Shown: one piece after another, positions 1-8,336 of the stretch | How positions within the stretch are numbered: the first letter of the stretch is position 1 | Layout of the letters: every line of letters starts with the position of its first letter | Source of the DNA: Myxococcota bacterium | GTDB lineage: Bacteria > Myxococcota_A > Polyangia > Polyangiales > Houyiibacteriaceae | Length of the DNA: 45,209 bases | Assembly: GCA_039030515.1 (NCBI GenBank) | Contig: JBCCEA010000031.1 | Location: 1-45,209, forward strand | Reading direction: 5' to 3' | The notes under the pieces: generated by a model | What the model was told of the DNA's origin: nothing | The model's input: the letters and a program-made list of their open reading frames with translations, nothing else | Databases searched by the model: none | Translations under genes and position numbers: made by a program

Positions 1-101
1 GAGACGCCGGCGGCGGCGCAAAAAGCACGCTTGCAGCAAGCCAGAGGCCCCCTCAAGACGCCGATGCGCCGCGGAGACCGCCACCGCAAGGGCGCCTCCG
101 C

Positions 102-240
102 GCACCGTACCCGGTCAGGTTTGGGGAGGTGGGCGATGCGTATCCGGCTTCCAAGCGCCATACCCGGTCAGGTGGGCGATGCGTATCCGGCTTCCAGGCA
201 CCGTACCCGGTCAGGTTTGGGGAGGGTCAGGTTTGGGGAG
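102..240 (+). repeat. Cluster of GCACCGTACCCGGTCAGGTTTGGGGAG direct repeats interleaved with a second 27-bp repeat
   Basis: Full copies start at 102 and 198, with partial copies at ~161 and ~225. AGGTGGGCGATGCGTATCCGGCTTCCA occurs at 127-153 and 170-196. Confidence 0.9.
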
Positions 241-289
241 ACAAATCCCCCTGAAAGCTGCGCTAAAACCTGCGCCTCACAGGGTATGA

Positions 290-332
290 GCAGCTTAGGA
301 AGCTGCCATTCTACCAACTGAGTTGTGCCCGC
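290..332 (-). pseudogene. 5' half of a tRNA (tRNA-Gly-like body, anticodon loop TTCCTAA)
   Basis: Reverse complement GCGGGCACAACTCAGTTGGTAGAATGGCAGCTTCCTAAGCTGC gives the acceptor 5' strand, a D-arm and a perfect GCAGC/GCTGC anticodon stem. No GGTTCGA T-arm follows. Confidence 0.75.
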
Positions 333-343
333 AAGTGAGCGCG

Positions 344-373
344 TGGCTACGCTCCCGACGGAATCTGTGTCAA
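344..373 (-). promoter_or_regulatory. Possible sigma70 promoter of the tRNA remnant
   Basis: TTGACA (373-368), an 18-nt spacer, then a weak -10 TAGCCA ending ~11 nt before the tRNA 5' end. Confidence 0.35.
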
Positions 374-505
374 GGGAATTTCGGCCATCCCCGACCGGGT
401 CCGGAGTGTGAACATTCGGCGGCCGATGTGTTTTTGAAGTCCGCGTGGTCCCAGGCTCACTTTCGATGATGCCTTGGCTGCGTTCGACCTGCGCTGCTCT
501 CTAAC

Positions 506-1795
506 CTACGTGGCCGCTCCCCTCACCACGAAGGCGTGCGTGAGTCCACGAAGCATGTGCACTAGCGGATGCATTTCCGCGAGCCCGAAGTACTCCCGAT
601 AGAACCCGAAGCGCGCTCGCGAAAACTCCAATGGATAGACAGAGCGATAGAACGCCATGAACCCGTCGACGCTGATCACAGACCTCAGCAGTGGGAGCCT
701 ACAGAACACCTGAGCGATGTCGAAGTGTGGATCGCCCAAGACGGATCGATCGAGATCAAGAAAGTAGATCGATCCATCGCACAATGGGATGTTCTCGAGG
801 GTAAGGTCAGCGTGGATGAGGGAGGGCGGAGTTTGACAGGCGAACAGGGCGTCCTCATCGGTCACGCGCCTTCGCAAGCGCACGGCGCGATTCCGTTTCT
901 CGACCGTCGAGAAACGGTCGTCGATATAGTTCTCGAGCAATCGAATGGCCCACGATCGGGCCCCTTCCCATCGCGCCGAAGACGACCCAGTCTCAAACCA
1001 CGTCGGGTCGCCGAAGCCTTCGTACCGACCTGCATGTAGCGCTCCCAGCGCGCGGGCCAGCGCCGCCGGATAACCCTGAGCAACAGAGAGGGTAAGCAGG
1101 GCGCGACTCGCAGGAGTCAGTCGCTCGAAGCGCACGTAGGAAAGCTCTCGATGGAGCAGTCCGGAGCCCAGTACCTGGGGGACTGGTACACCTTGGTTCC
1201 GAAGCTCACGGCTCAAAGAGGCGACCTTGGCGGCAAACCATCGCTCACGGTACAATTTCACGACCTCTTGCTGCGAGGTCACGATAATGCTGCCGGAGGA
1301 ACGGTGACTGATGCTTACCTGGCTTTCTCCGAGTACGGATTTCGCCCAATCCTGAAGGTCTGAGGAAGAGAACTCACCCTCTGAGTCGTACTCCGGGACA
1401 GGATCCAGTTCCTTGCTGACTCCCACTCCGGCATTTGCATTCGAAAACCAGGAAGAGAACTCGCTCCTGCTGAGAGCTACTTCCTGCTCAATGGTCTGCA
1501 GCTGCGTCACAAACCTCCTGACCAGGGAAATCTCAGTCGGGGCGAGCTGGTCGGCGACGTGGCTTAGATTGAAGTATCGAGTCTGCGCAAAGTACGGCTC
1601 TTCATCGGACCGCCACGACGCCACAAGGGCCACCGTGTTAATCTCGAAGGCGAGTTCTTCTCGCCCCGGTCGCAAGGCTCTCGGCACACTGCATGTCAAT
1701 TCTTGGAGGGCAGTCAGGATCGGATGGTCCACTCCCGCCATCATATGGTTGGTCGGCACGGAGGCGACGTCGCTCTGGCCGGAATCGGATCGCAT
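506..1795 (-). CDS. Aminoglycoside phosphotransferase/choline kinase-like protein with N-terminal extension
   Basis: Motifs LIHADLTLENI (HxDxxxxN), FLDLD and GDPHFDIA, preceded by VPVPQVL. Start uncertain: the ORF is open to 1951, with ATGs at 1795 and 1744. Confidence 0.7.
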   Translation of the reverse strand: MRSDSGQSDVASVPTNHMMAGVDHPILTALQELTCSVPRALRPGREELAFEINTVALVASWRSDEEPYFAQTRYFNLSHVADQLAPTEISLVRRFVTQLQTIEQEVALSRSEFSSWFSNANAGVGVSKELDPVPEYDSEGEFSSSDLQDWAKSVLGESQVSISHRSSGSIIVTSQQEVVKLYRERWFAAKVASLSRELRNQGVPVPQVLGSGLLHRELSYVRFERLTPASRALLTLSVAQGYPAALARALGALHAGRYEGFGDPTWFETGSSSARWEGARSWAIRLLENYIDDRFSTVEKRNRAVRLRRRVTDEDALFACQTPPSLIHADLTLENIPLCDGSIYFLDLDRSVLGDPHFDIAQVFCRLPLLRSVISVDGFMAFYRSVYPLEFSRARFGFYREYFGLAEMHPLVHMLRGLTHAFVVRGAAT

Positions 1796-1954
1796 ATGAA
1801 GCTCAGGCTGTCGCCTCGGCGGACTCGACGCAAGCAGCGTGGTTAAGGTTCCAGGATGATCGGACGTCACCCAGCAGCTCCTGGAACTAAAGACAAAAAA
1901 ACTCGCAACGGCGACGGGCCACTGACCCGGTGATGGCCCGCCCAAAGACACCCG

Positions 1955-2217
1955 CTAGGGAGCGACGATCAACACCGTCGTCTGGCTGGGCGAGCTGCGT
2001 ACGCCTGGGCAGTTCGACCCATTCTGAAGGGATACGCTCGACATGCGAGTCACCGGCTTACCACCCACGAGGACCGCCGTCGCCCCGGTGAGATGGCGTG
2101 AAGACCCCATCACGGTGGCGGGGGCAACCCCTCCAGCGACCCGTGCATTGTCGCCGGACGTCATCGCGATGGTGGTGCCGAGATGGTGTCCAGGGGCGCC
2201 GACGATGAGCACTCCAT
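1955..2217 (-). pseudogene. DUF4150 (PAAR-like, T6SS spike tip) C-terminal fragment, N-terminus missing
   Basis: HHLGTTIAMTSGDNARVAGGVAPATVMGSSRH...VLVGGKPVTRMSSVSLQNGSNCPG...PSQTTVL matches DUF4150. The usual FPDVCxTP/PxPYPN N-terminus is absent, and an in-frame stop lies inside the upstream repeat. Confidence 0.75.
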
Positions 2218-2244
2218 GCACCGTACCTGGTCAGGTTTGGAGAG
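2218..2244 (+). repeat. Dispersed copy of the GCACCGTACCYGGTCAGGTTTGGRGAG repeat
   Basis: GCACCGTACCTGGTCAGGTTTGGAGAG differs at 2 of 27 positions from the copy at 198. Confidence 0.85.
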
Positions 2245-2275
2245 AGGCGCGGCAGATCTCAATATTATTGCTATG

Positions 2276-2803
2276 TTACTTATGCTTCGAGTTTGAGGCA
2301 TCTTGTGTCGAAAAAGAACGAATATGCTGCACCAGACCCTCTATCCCTTGCGGTCTAATTTGATCCCCGAAGGCCGGCATTAGTCCTCTTCCGACGCTTA
2401 TTGCAGACGCGATTTCTTCATCGCTTACGGTCTGCTGCCATTTCACAAGCCTCATGTTCGGCATCTGTACTCCAGATGGTGCAGAGATACCGTCTCCACG
2501 ACCTTGTACTCCGTGACAAGAAGCGCAGCTAACTTGCCAGAGCGCCGTGACGGCTCGACGCGGATTAGACTCTGAAAGCTCGGTACCGATAGTTTCCTGA
2601 CGCGTTGGTCTCTGTCTTTCAGTGCGCGCGCTCACTGGCCGGCCGTGATCTGAAGGCTTCCATGTTTGTAGAGGCTTCGAGTCCGAACCATCACCGCAAG
2701 AACTGAGTGCAAAAATCAGCAGGCTTGTAAACGCAAGAAAAGTCAACGCTATTCCCCATGAATGATATGTCTTAGGAACAAGCCTAGGTCGTGCCTTGGT
2801 CAA
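2276..2803 (-). CDS. Monoheme c-type cytochrome, probable lipoprotein
   Basis: CASCHG heme motif, distal Met in GLMPAFG, and a hydrophobic signal ending LSSC. Confidence 0.85.
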   Translation of the reverse strand: MTKARPRLVPKTYHSWGIALTFLAFTSLLIFALSSCGDGSDSKPLQTWKPSDHGRPVSARTERQRPTRQETIGTELSESNPRRAVTALWQVSCASCHGVQGRGDGISAPSGVQMPNMRLVKWQQTVSDEEIASAISVGRGLMPAFGDQIRPQGIEGLVQHIRSFSTQDASNSKHK

Positions 2804-3117
2804 GAAAACGTTCAGAAGTCATCAAAACCAGCCTCGTGGTTTATCGAATGGAACCTAAGAACTTCATCGAGTCGAGCATGATTTTGCATATGCGCGCCAG
2901 ACAGAGAGCTGTGACTTTCTTCACGTTCCTCAGCTTTGGCAGGGAACGGACCTATGTCAATGAACCCAGCCTGGTACGTTTCCCATAAAGGACCTGCGCC
3001 AATCACCGGGATCCTCTTCGCATGTGCACGACATCGTTCGACACTCAATATCAAGAAGGGCTGGCACCACACCCGGTGGGGCAAGAAGTGATGGTGCCTG
3101 AATTGGGCACCTAAAGT

Positions 3118-3820
3118 CTCATGATCCTACACATCTTTTTTGGGGTGGAGGTGTGTGGGACGCGGTAGAGAAGGCGGGATGTCTACGTACGAGAACTCAG
3201 ATGGCCCGCTGGTAGGAAGCATTCACAAGGAGTTTGAAGGGGGGGACCTTGGCAACGCCTGCCTTGAGGCTTGGCTTGGTTTCCCTGGCAGGTGCATTGG
3301 ATTGCTGTGAAGGGATGGCCGAGCGGGAGATGAAGCTGTCCGCCCGAAGTCGCAACCGCCCCCGAAAGACAAACGGATTTACCCATTGCGGCGCCATCGG
3401 CTGGCCAAGCTTAGCTTCCGGGCCGCAAAGGTGGCACTGGCGCCGTCCATCGAGCGCCATCCGGACACTGCCCGATTCGCTCGAGGTGCATGTGGTGGAG
3501 CCCGACCCGCCCGAGGGTGAAGCGCCCGTGCAGTGGACGCTGTGCACTTCGGAGCCGATCGATACTGAGGCGCAGGTGCTGCGGGTGGTGGACATGTACC
3601 GGGCGCGTCGGTGCACCGAGGTGTTCTTCAAAGCGCTTGGCTCTATCTGACTGCTCTGAGCCATGAGCACCCGCATCAAGCTGCCTGAAAAGCCCACGGT
3701 CCAAGACGTTCTACTAGCGGTAGCGGGCCTCGGTGGTCACCTCAAACGAAATGGCCGCCCCGGATGGCTGACCATTGACCGAGGATTTGATGAGCTTCTC
3801 ACCTCAGAGGTCGGTTGGTA
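3118..3820 (+). mobile_element. IS4 family (IS50/Tn5-like) transposase remnant with a candidate left end
   Basis: Fragments EPDPPEGEAPVQWTLCTSEPI, MYRARRCTEVFFKAL (degenerate YREK) and AVAGLGGHLKRNGRPGWLTIDRG (C-terminal dimerisation region), broken by frameshifts, a stop and deletions. The 19-mer CTCATGATCCTACACATCT at 3118-3136 resembles Tn5 ends. Confidence 0.85.
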
Positions 3821-4002
3821 CGCATGCCCCCTCGGGCGCAGTCGACCGTCCGCTTTCATGGCGAGCGTGACGGCGACAGCGACGACGATGGCTACGCACC
3901 TGCTCTGATGTTCAGATAGCTCGGATCACTTCTGCTGACCCGAGGTGGATTAGCTCTGTTGAACTCACGGCGGATTACATAAGCCACCCGGTGAAAACAT
4001 GC

Positions 4003-4240
4003 CGTACCCGGTCCGGTTTGTGTTGCGTACCCGGTGCGGTTGCCGCGGATCAATCCCGGCGCCCCGTCGGTCGTGACCGTCATAGGCATTCAGAGGCCTC
4101 GTTGCGTCGTGACAATGCCGTACCCGTTGCGGTTGCCGCGTACCCAGTCCGGTTTGTGTGTGTACCCGGTGCGGTTGCCGCGTACCCGGTGCGGTTGCCG
4201 CGTACCCGGTGCGGTTGCCGCGTACCCGGTCCGGTTTGTA
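4003..4240 (+). repeat. Tandem array of 20-23 bp CGTACCCGGT(G/C)CGGTT units
   Basis: Eight units start at 4003, 4026, 4119, 4139, 4161, 4181, 4201 and 4221. There are two variants, ...GCGGTTGCCG and ...CCGGTTTGT. Confidence 0.95.
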
Positions 4241-4277
4241 TGCGTGAGGTGCCACACAAATGCCTTACCATGTTTGA

Positions 4278-5486
4278 ATGGTTCAAGAGCCTGTTGGCCT
4301 CGTGCTTTCCGGAGGAGGTGCCAGAGGCGCCTACGAAGCGGGTGTTGTCGCGGGAATCACGGAGATTCTCGGTGGTGGTCGTCCAAGTCCCTTCAACGTG
4401 TTCAGCGGAACTTCAGTGGGCGCAATCAATGCGGGTTGGCTTGCCGCCCATGCCGATCGTGGCGATATGGGTATCGACGAGCTGGTGAAGCAATGGTGCG
4501 GTCTCAATCTCGACGCGCATCTCAATCTCGATCCGCTTGGCATGCTCGGACTGCAGTCAGGTCCCTTTCGTAAGCGAGAGCGTGGCAGCCACTACGGACG
4601 TTCTCTACTCAACCCAGAGGTCCTTGAACGTCTGGTGTTTAGCGCGGTGGATTGGGAACGCCTCCATCGCAACGTGGACTCCGGCAAGGTCCAGGCGCTT
4701 CTCGTAGCTGCGCTGCATATCGCCACCGGGCAAACAACAATCTTTGCTGAGCTGACAAAAGGGATGCAGTTTCGTGGCTCCAGTGACCCCCGTAGACGAA
4801 GCCGATGTGAACTGATTCGCGCCGAACATGTCTTGGCCTCTGCGGCCCTTCCGCTGCTGTTCCCCTCGCGTCGAATCGGCCCGCACTACTATTGCGATGG
4901 TGGTCTCCGGTTCAATACTCCCATATCCCCGGCGCTTCGCTGTGGTGCTGAGAAACTGGTCGTGATTACGCTGCAGCATCAGGATGATCGCGGTGGAGGC
5001 GCTCGGCTCAACAGTGAACGTCTAGCGCAGTATCCAAGTCCTCTGTTTCTACTGGGGAAAGTTCTCAATGCACTGATGCTCGATCAGGTTAGCTACGATC
5101 TTCAGGTGCTCGATCGACTCAATAAATTGATCTCAGTACTCGAGGCAGAACTGGAACCCCAGGAGCTTGCAAAGGTAGAGCAAGTACTGTGCGAAACCCG
5201 AGGTTTGCCCTATCGAAGAATTCGCACGCTGGTCTTCGAGCCCTCCGAGAGTATTGCCAACATCGCATCACGCTTCGCCGAGAGAATCAGGGTTCGCGGT
5301 CTAAGCACGCTATTGGTCAGACAGTTCGCGAAATATGAAGACGCCTTGGAGTCCGATGTTCTTTCCTATCTCTTATTTGATGGGACCTTTGCCGAACAGC
5401 TTATCTCGCTAGGCAAACGTGACGTCTGGAACCGACGAGATGAGGTTTACTCTTTTTTTGATTCTAGCAAGACGGTGAACAAGTAG
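4278..5486 (+). CDS. Patatin-like phospholipase
   Basis: GGGARG oxyanion motif, GTSVG nucleophile elbow, ASAALP and DGG motifs. Confidence 0.92.
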   Translation: MVQEPVGLVLSGGGARGAYEAGVVAGITEILGGGRPSPFNVFSGTSVGAINAGWLAAHADRGDMGIDELVKQWCGLNLDAHLNLDPLGMLGLQSGPFRKRERGSHYGRSLLNPEVLERLVFSAVDWERLHRNVDSGKVQALLVAALHIATGQTTIFAELTKGMQFRGSSDPRRRSRCELIRAEHVLASAALPLLFPSRRIGPHYYCDGGLRFNTPISPALRCGAEKLVVITLQHQDDRGGGARLNSERLAQYPSPLFLLGKVLNALMLDQVSYDLQVLDRLNKLISVLEAELEPQELAKVEQVLCETRGLPYRRIRTLVFEPSESIANIASRFAERIRVRGLSTLLVRQFAKYEDALESDVLSYLLFDGTFAEQLISLGKRDVWNRRDEVYSFFDSSKTVNK

Positions 5487-5640
5487 CGGCCTGTCTAACG
5501 GGCGGAGCGCGGCTGCCTTCACTGGGTGCGTCCCACATCTGCAGCTTCGCAATCCTCAGAGCATTGAGAGCAGTCTTCGATAGCGTGGCGAGTAGACCGG
5601 TTCGAGCGCGGCTGCGACTCTGACTCCGTCCTCGACTCGT

Positions 5641-5900
5641 GCCAGGTTGTATCGAACCTGTTTGCAAAGCGGACGGTCGCTACGAACGTCGAACAGCGCC
5701 ATGAGCAGCATCACTTTCAACAGCCGCTCGGGCGGTATGTTCGGCCCGCCTCCCGTCGACTAAGTTGGCCTCCAGCTCCCCGTCGATGTCCAACAAGAAT
5801 GCGTCCACCACTCGTCCGATCCCGCGAATCGGATGCGCTGACGGAATCAGAGATTCCGGATTGAAAGTGCAGAGCGCCGTGGATCCGTTCGTCCTCGCAT
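5641..5900 (-). mobile_element. IS5-family (DUF772/InsH N-terminal type) transposase remnant, frameshifted
   Basis: Manual translation across two frameshifts: MRGRTDP / FNPESLIPSAHPIRGIGRVVDAFL / GPNIPPERLLKVMLLMALFDVRSDRPLCKQVRYNL. Confidence 0.8.
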
Positions 5901-5945
5901 GACCCGTTCAGAACACCTCGGCAGGTCACTGTCGAGCCCACTTTT

Positions 5946-8108
5946 TCACTGTCCTGCTCGTCCCTGAGTCTGAGAAACGCGCGCTGGTATAAGCCCTCGT
6001 CGACTTAGGGAGATTCGTTTCCGTTCAAGATCGACCGAGAGCACTCGAACTCGGATCTGCTCCCCCGTTCGCACCAGGCTCCGCACGTCCCGAACATATC
6101 CGTCGGAAATCTGACTTATGTGCACGAGTCCGTCTTGATGGACTCCGACATCCACAAAAGCTCCAAAGTCAGTCACGTTTGTGACGACCCCCTCTAGCTC
6201 CATGCCCTCCCGAAGATCCTCAATCGAGTCAACTCCAGTCAGGAACTCCGGTACCTCAAACGTCGCCCGGGGATCGCGTCCTGGTTTGTGCAGCTCGTCG
6301 ACGATGTCACGCATTGTATGCGAGCCCACGTCTTCTTCGAAGTAGTTCTCAAAGGAAATCTCATTCAGTCGCCAAGGTTGTTCGAGTAGCTGGTTTAGTG
6401 ATACCTGCATATCCGATGCGATCCTTTTTACGAGCCCATATCGTTCCGGATGGACTGCAGACGCATCTAGAGGATTCTTGCCGCGTACGCGTAAGAATCC
6501 AGCGCACTGTTCAAAAGCCCGCTCACCAAGACCTTTGACCTTCCTTAACTCTGCTCGGGACTGAAAACCCCCAGAACGTTCCCGGTACGTCACAATCTGC
6601 TTTGCGAGTGCGCGACCGATTCCGGAAACATGCCCGAGTAGCGGTATGCTGGCGGTATTCAGATCCACGCCCACCGCATGCACACATGACTCGACGACCT
6701 CCGAGAGCTTGGTGGCAATACGAGCCGGATCGACGTCATGCTGATACTGCCCGACTCCAATCGCTTTGGGGTCGATTTTCACGAGCTCTGCCAACGGATC
6801 CTGCAGTCGACGACCGATGCTTATCGCGCCGCGCAGGGTGATGTCGAGAGACGGGAACTCCTCGCGAGCGATGTCTGAAGCGCTGTACACGCTGGCGCCG
6901 GATTCGCTCACAAGCAATGCCGGTGTCGAACTGCCGAGTTCCTCAAGTCGTGCACGAATGAATTTCAGCGCTTCTCTGCCGAACGTTCCGTTGCCGACCG
7001 CAATCGCCTCGTGGGGGTGTCGCTTTAGAAACGCGATAAGCTCATCTCGGGCCTGAGTTTGCTGGCGGGACGGAAATATCGTGGTCGATGCAATGTAGTT
7101 TCCCACGCTGTCGAGAGCGACAAGCTTACAGCCTGTCCGAATGCCGGGATCAACCGCTACGACCGGACGTCCTCCGAAAGGCGAGCTAAGCAACAGATTG
7201 CGCAGGTTGTCTGCAAACACATCGATGGCGTCGGTCTCGGCTCGTTGATGCGCCTGACTTCGTACAAATCTCTGCGCGGCCGGAAGCAGTCGTTTTCGGT
7301 AGGCTTGTTCGACCGCTTCCTCGAGATGGCACGCGCACGGAGAACGCCGATCGTGACCAAAGCGTCTCAGCAGTTTTGCGATCTGCACCTCATCGTCGAC
7401 GCGTACCCGCACCCGCAAGATACCCTCTTGCTCGCCTCGGCACACTGCCAGGTACCGATGGGAGGGTATGCGAGCGATAGGCGTGTCGTACTCGTAGTAG
7501 TCTTCAAACTTGGTGCGCTCTTTCGTCTTTGTCTTGACCGCGCGGCACTCGAGTACGCCATGACGTTCGACGATGTGACGAAGGTCTGCGCGAGATGGTC
7601 CCGACGTCGCAACGTGCTCGACGATGAGTTCCTTGGCTCCGCTGAGCGCCTCCTCTACCGTTCGTACTTGAGGGCCTAGATAGGCGTTTGCTTCTCGCGC
7701 CACCTGACAGCTACGGGGTTGCTGCAGGATTCGCTCAGCTAGGGGTCCAAGGCCTCTTTCTCGTGCCTCCGCGGCCTTGGTTTTTCGTTTCTTCTTCAGT
7801 GGAGCGTAAAGCTCTTCGAGTTCGACCTTTGTTTGACACGAAGCGATCTGTCGACGAAGGGCGTCTGTGAGCTCAGGGCTGCCCGCTATCGCACGGAGAA
7901 TCGTGTCTCGTCTTTTTTGAAGCGCAGCCAATCTGTCCCGCTGCTCGGCTACGGAGCGGATCTGCACTTCGTCAAGCGCGCCCGTTCGCTCCTTACGATA
8001 GCGAGCAATAAACGGAACGCTCGCGCCGTCCTCAAAGAGAGTTAAGGTCGCCAAAACAGCCGAGTAGCGAAGTCCCAGTCTCTCCGCAATGTGTCGGGCA
8101 GTCTCCAT
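5946..8108 (-). CDS. tex: Tex (YhgF) RNA-binding transcriptional accessory protein
   Basis: ASVPFIARYRKERTG N-terminus, YqgF-like DPGIRTGCK and ESGASVYSAS, IGVGQYQHD, HhH region and a C-terminal S1 domain (NVTDFGAFVDVGVHQDGLVHIS). Confidence 0.96.
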   Translation of the reverse strand: METARHIAERLGLRYSAVLATLTLFEDGASVPFIARYRKERTGALDEVQIRSVAEQRDRLAALQKRRDTILRAIAGSPELTDALRRQIASCQTKVELEELYAPLKKKRKTKAAEARERGLGPLAERILQQPRSCQVAREANAYLGPQVRTVEEALSGAKELIVEHVATSGPSRADLRHIVERHGVLECRAVKTKTKERTKFEDYYEYDTPIARIPSHRYLAVCRGEQEGILRVRVRVDDEVQIAKLLRRFGHDRRSPCACHLEEAVEQAYRKRLLPAAQRFVRSQAHQRAETDAIDVFADNLRNLLLSSPFGGRPVVAVDPGIRTGCKLVALDSVGNYIASTTIFPSRQQTQARDELIAFLKRHPHEAIAVGNGTFGREALKFIRARLEELGSSTPALLVSESGASVYSASDIAREEFPSLDITLRGAISIGRRLQDPLAELVKIDPKAIGVGQYQHDVDPARIATKLSEVVESCVHAVGVDLNTASIPLLGHVSGIGRALAKQIVTYRERSGGFQSRAELRKVKGLGERAFEQCAGFLRVRGKNPLDASAVHPERYGLVKRIASDMQVSLNQLLEQPWRLNEISFENYFEEDVGSHTMRDIVDELHKPGRDPRATFEVPEFLTGVDSIEDLREGMELEGVVTNVTDFGAFVDVGVHQDGLVHISQISDGYVRDVRSLVRTGEQIRVRVLSVDLERKRISLSRRGLIPARVSQTQGRAGQ

Positions 8109-8336
8109 CGCAAGGCTGGGTCTACCCTTACCCGGGCATGAACGCTAAACAACTGCTTCAGATCTCGACGTGGGCTCTTCGACTTCGGTGTTTTGCGCCC
8201 AGTGGCCATACGCTACTCTGCCGCGCGAGTGATCTACGGCGTGAAAGATGTGGGGGTGCTGCTCAAAGACTCTCCGAGACCTCGCGTTTGTTTCTGGCGC
8301 TTGTGTAGGAGATTCGAGGCGCTATGAGAAGTCATC

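Noticed and set aside
31..321. 96-aa ORF, and ORFs over 3892-4573
   Set aside because: These are translations of non-coding repeats, with no recognisable domain.
290..332. Functional tRNA-Arg(CCT)
   Set aside because: There is no T-arm or 3' acceptor strand, and the body resembles tRNA-Gly.
506..1795. Bona fide aminoglycoside resistance gene
   Set aside because: Only superfamily-level motifs are visible, so the substrate cannot be inferred.
2791..3117. Short ORFs upstream of the cytochrome c gene
   Set aside because: No motif or coding signal I can support.
4003..4240. CRISPR array
   Set aside because: The units are mostly abutting with no unique equal-length spacers, and there are no cas genes in the window.
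4278..5486. Patatin as a CBASS or other defence effector
   Set aside because: No cyclase or other defence gene is adjacent, and it looks like an ordinary stand-alone patatin.
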